Positions 61,770 to 64,000 of a DNA stretch of 64,000 nt are shown one piece after another (positions within the stretch are counted from its first letter, which is position 1; each line of letters begins with the position of its first letter). Origin of the DNA: Tricharina praecox (Eukaryota). The DNA lies in the NCBI RefSeq assembly GCF_024521635.1, contig NW_026250403.1, positions 124,001-188,000 of the forward strand, read 5' to 3'. A program made the position numbers and the translations under genes. Under the pieces are notes generated by a model. It was not told the origin of the DNA. It did not search any database and saw only the letters and a list, made by a program, of their open reading frames with translations.

Positions 61770-62825
61770 ACGACGCGGCAGCTAGATGATAGTGCATACA
61801 AAATTTGCTTTTGGTGTCCAGAGACTCGCAACTCCGGGTGCAAATGCATAGGGTATGTAGATACTTACCTAGACGGGTAGAATTGTCGTTGCGACAGCGT
61901 GGGGGCGATGGCGAAGAACCGAGATGCTCAGCCTGATTCGCCAGCTGAGACCAATGGTAAATCACTTGCCACGCCGGAGCCGCGAACAGCCAGCAGCCGC
62001 TCGTTGAGCACAGACAACCGGATGTCTCGGACTCGGCCACAGCTCCGATTCCCCGTCCCTCCACCAGACGAGTGAACAGAATCTTGGGAGACTCTGGGGC
62101 TTGGTACTCTAGCCTTGGCTCTCCCGGGGGATTAAGCCCATCATCCAGGTGCTCAACAACCAAAGAAGATGGAATCGAAGACTTTGCGTAGGCACGGTTT
62201 GCACGGTCAGGAGTCACTAACCACCGGCGAGCATTTGCGGCCGTGATTCTTGTGGTGGTGAATTGTTGAGTAAACAATGGTCGGCGCAACGATCATTGAT
62301 GGAGTAACTGTACCGAGACGCTAACTCGGCTGCCCCCAATGTTTTGTTCTCTCGTCTGTCGCCACCACGCCCCGACTTGCCCCACATCGAAAATAAAGAA
62401 TTCACCAATAACCATCTCACAGGGAAGCCTCTTCATTTGGCTCGAGATCTACCCCGGGGCCATGCCTAGGCGAAGCATCTGTCCAGCGCGCTATTACCAA
62501 ACGCTAACTTTACACCCGGCCCATGCCGGTAGCCAACTCGGACGCTAGACATCCTTCGAGCTTGGCGAGCTGCTCGGCGTTGGTTTCGGCGGTGGGCGGG
62601 GGCAAAACCCATTCGACCACCAAGTATCCACAGGAAAACTCCCCTAATAATGCCTGAGTAGACCCCTTCTGGGGAGGTGTGAGGGTGAACAGCCAGAAGA
62701 AGGATCAGAGGAAGCAGAAGAAGAAGAAGACGACGAAGACCCTCAGTCACTCACTAGCCAACCCTCAACTTTCACACTTCCCTACACTCCCTTCTTCTAC
62801 TTCCCCCCCTCCCGAAAAAAAAAAC

Positions 62826-64000
62826 ATGCCAGACGTCGATACGGAAATTACGCACTTGGATCTTGCCATCTCGTCGATAGCTTGGGGATTCACACTCGGC
62901 TTTGGATTCCTGACAACGTGGGAAGCGATAAAGCAGACGACGCGCGCGCGCAATCCGCTAAAGTCAGTCTACATATGGCTCGTGTGGGGCGAGATCCTTG
63001 TGTGCTTCTGTATTGGCATCATCGTCTATATGCTGTTTTCTGGGTTATATAAGGTTAGGTGAGCATAGATATCCCGTTTCGCTGGCTGGCTGGCCGGCTG
63101 GCTTAGAAATAGATCGGCCTTCCCCCCCCCTCCCCCGTTCACCCCCCACTTCCCCCCACACTCAGTGTGAATGGCAGACTAACGGGTGTCGACCGACAGC
63201 CTTGTGTTCTTGATATCGCTGTGTACGTCTCCCGCCTCGGCCAACCATCCGATCCGACATTCAAGTTTAGTTCTGTCCGTAGGGGGTGTCCGTGCTAACC
63301 AACTACAGTGACATTATGGGCCCTCAAACTCCATTTCATCGTTCAAGTTCGTTACATACCCTTCCTTCATCCGATGGGCACTATAGACATACATGCTGAC
63401 CTATATAAGATCATCATCAACCGCATCAATATAATCGGCATCGACCCCGACTTTGGCGTTAAGCTGAAATGGGGCACCGCCATTATCATCCTCCTTCTGA
63501 ACATCTCGGTGTTCGTCATCTGGATACCTGCGCAGCTGAATGTTTCGCCCGTGTATGTTCTCCCCTCACAATCATATGTATCATGGAGGTTGGCGGAGAG
63601 CTGACAAAACGCAGATTCGTACGAATCAACAACGTCTGGGACCGCTGCACAAAGGTGATCTACCTGGTAGTGGACGTAGGCCTTAACTGGCTATTCGTCC
63701 GCACCGTCAAGCGCCGCTTAATCGACCACGGCATCGGCAAGTACGACAAACTGGTCACGTTCAACATCCGGATCATCTTCATCTCTTTGGCCATGGATGT
63801 GCGCATCCCCTCCCCCCCCCCCCCCCCCCCCTTCCCCACCCAGCGCGGTAGCTAACCACCACATGTAGCTCCTAATCCTCGGCTCCATGAGCCTCAGCAA
63901 CCCGTTGGTATACGCGCAGATCCACCCGCTGGCATTTATCGTGAAGCTGCGGGTCGAGCTCTCGATGGCCAAGCTCATCCGCAAAGTGGCGGTGCAGAAG
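62826..64000 (+). CDS. Multi-pass fungal integral membrane protein (multi-intron, runs off the window end)
   Basis: AWGFTLGFGFLTTWEAIKQT..SVYIWLVWGE, IIINRI, NISVFVIWIPAQL, WDRCTKVIYLVVD.GLNW.F..TVK.RL..G..KY.KLV.FN; hydrophobic helices separated by short introns. Confidence 0.85.

Noticed and set aside
61753-62289. 178-aa minus-strand ORF downstream of the sulfurtransferase, and the 157-aa ORF at 47059-47532
   Set aside because: No recognisable domain or gene-like structure; probably non-coding or remnants.

Overview
Gene-dense window from an intron-containing filamentous ascomycete genome (short GT-AG introns with CTRAC/CTAAT branch points; a Pezizomycete-like fungus is my inference, not established). 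About 25 protein genes, mostly housekeeping: FAT1-like acyl-CoA synthetase, cytochrome-b5/acyl-CoA dehydrogenase, alpha/beta hydrolase, JIP5, DPH2, RRP17, an RBR E3 ligase, a small LYR-motif gene missed by the ORF track, NBS1, an RPEL protein, UPF0183, a Rab5/Ypt52 GTPase, MIC60, a cellular RNAi RdRP, an Irc21-like cytochrome b5 protein, MRPS8, a PIN protein, SEC20, a sulfurtransferase and a membrane protein. There are also two identical intron-containing tRNA-Arg(CCT) genes, a decayed pogo-like transposase and a MITE. Two things stand out. (1) There are three intact copies of the normally single-copy APC/C RING subunit APC11: a tandem pair encoding identical proteins despite 15 synonymous differences, and a third, inverted copy 21 kb away that is one circularly permuted repeat unit bracketed by a 6-bp direct repeat, as expected if an excised circle had re-integrated. 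(2) A large spliced orphan gene at the left end combines two zinc-finger-like motifs, two tandem, divergent OGFr-like domains and a long acidic tract. All calls are from reading the sequence by eye; no searches were run.
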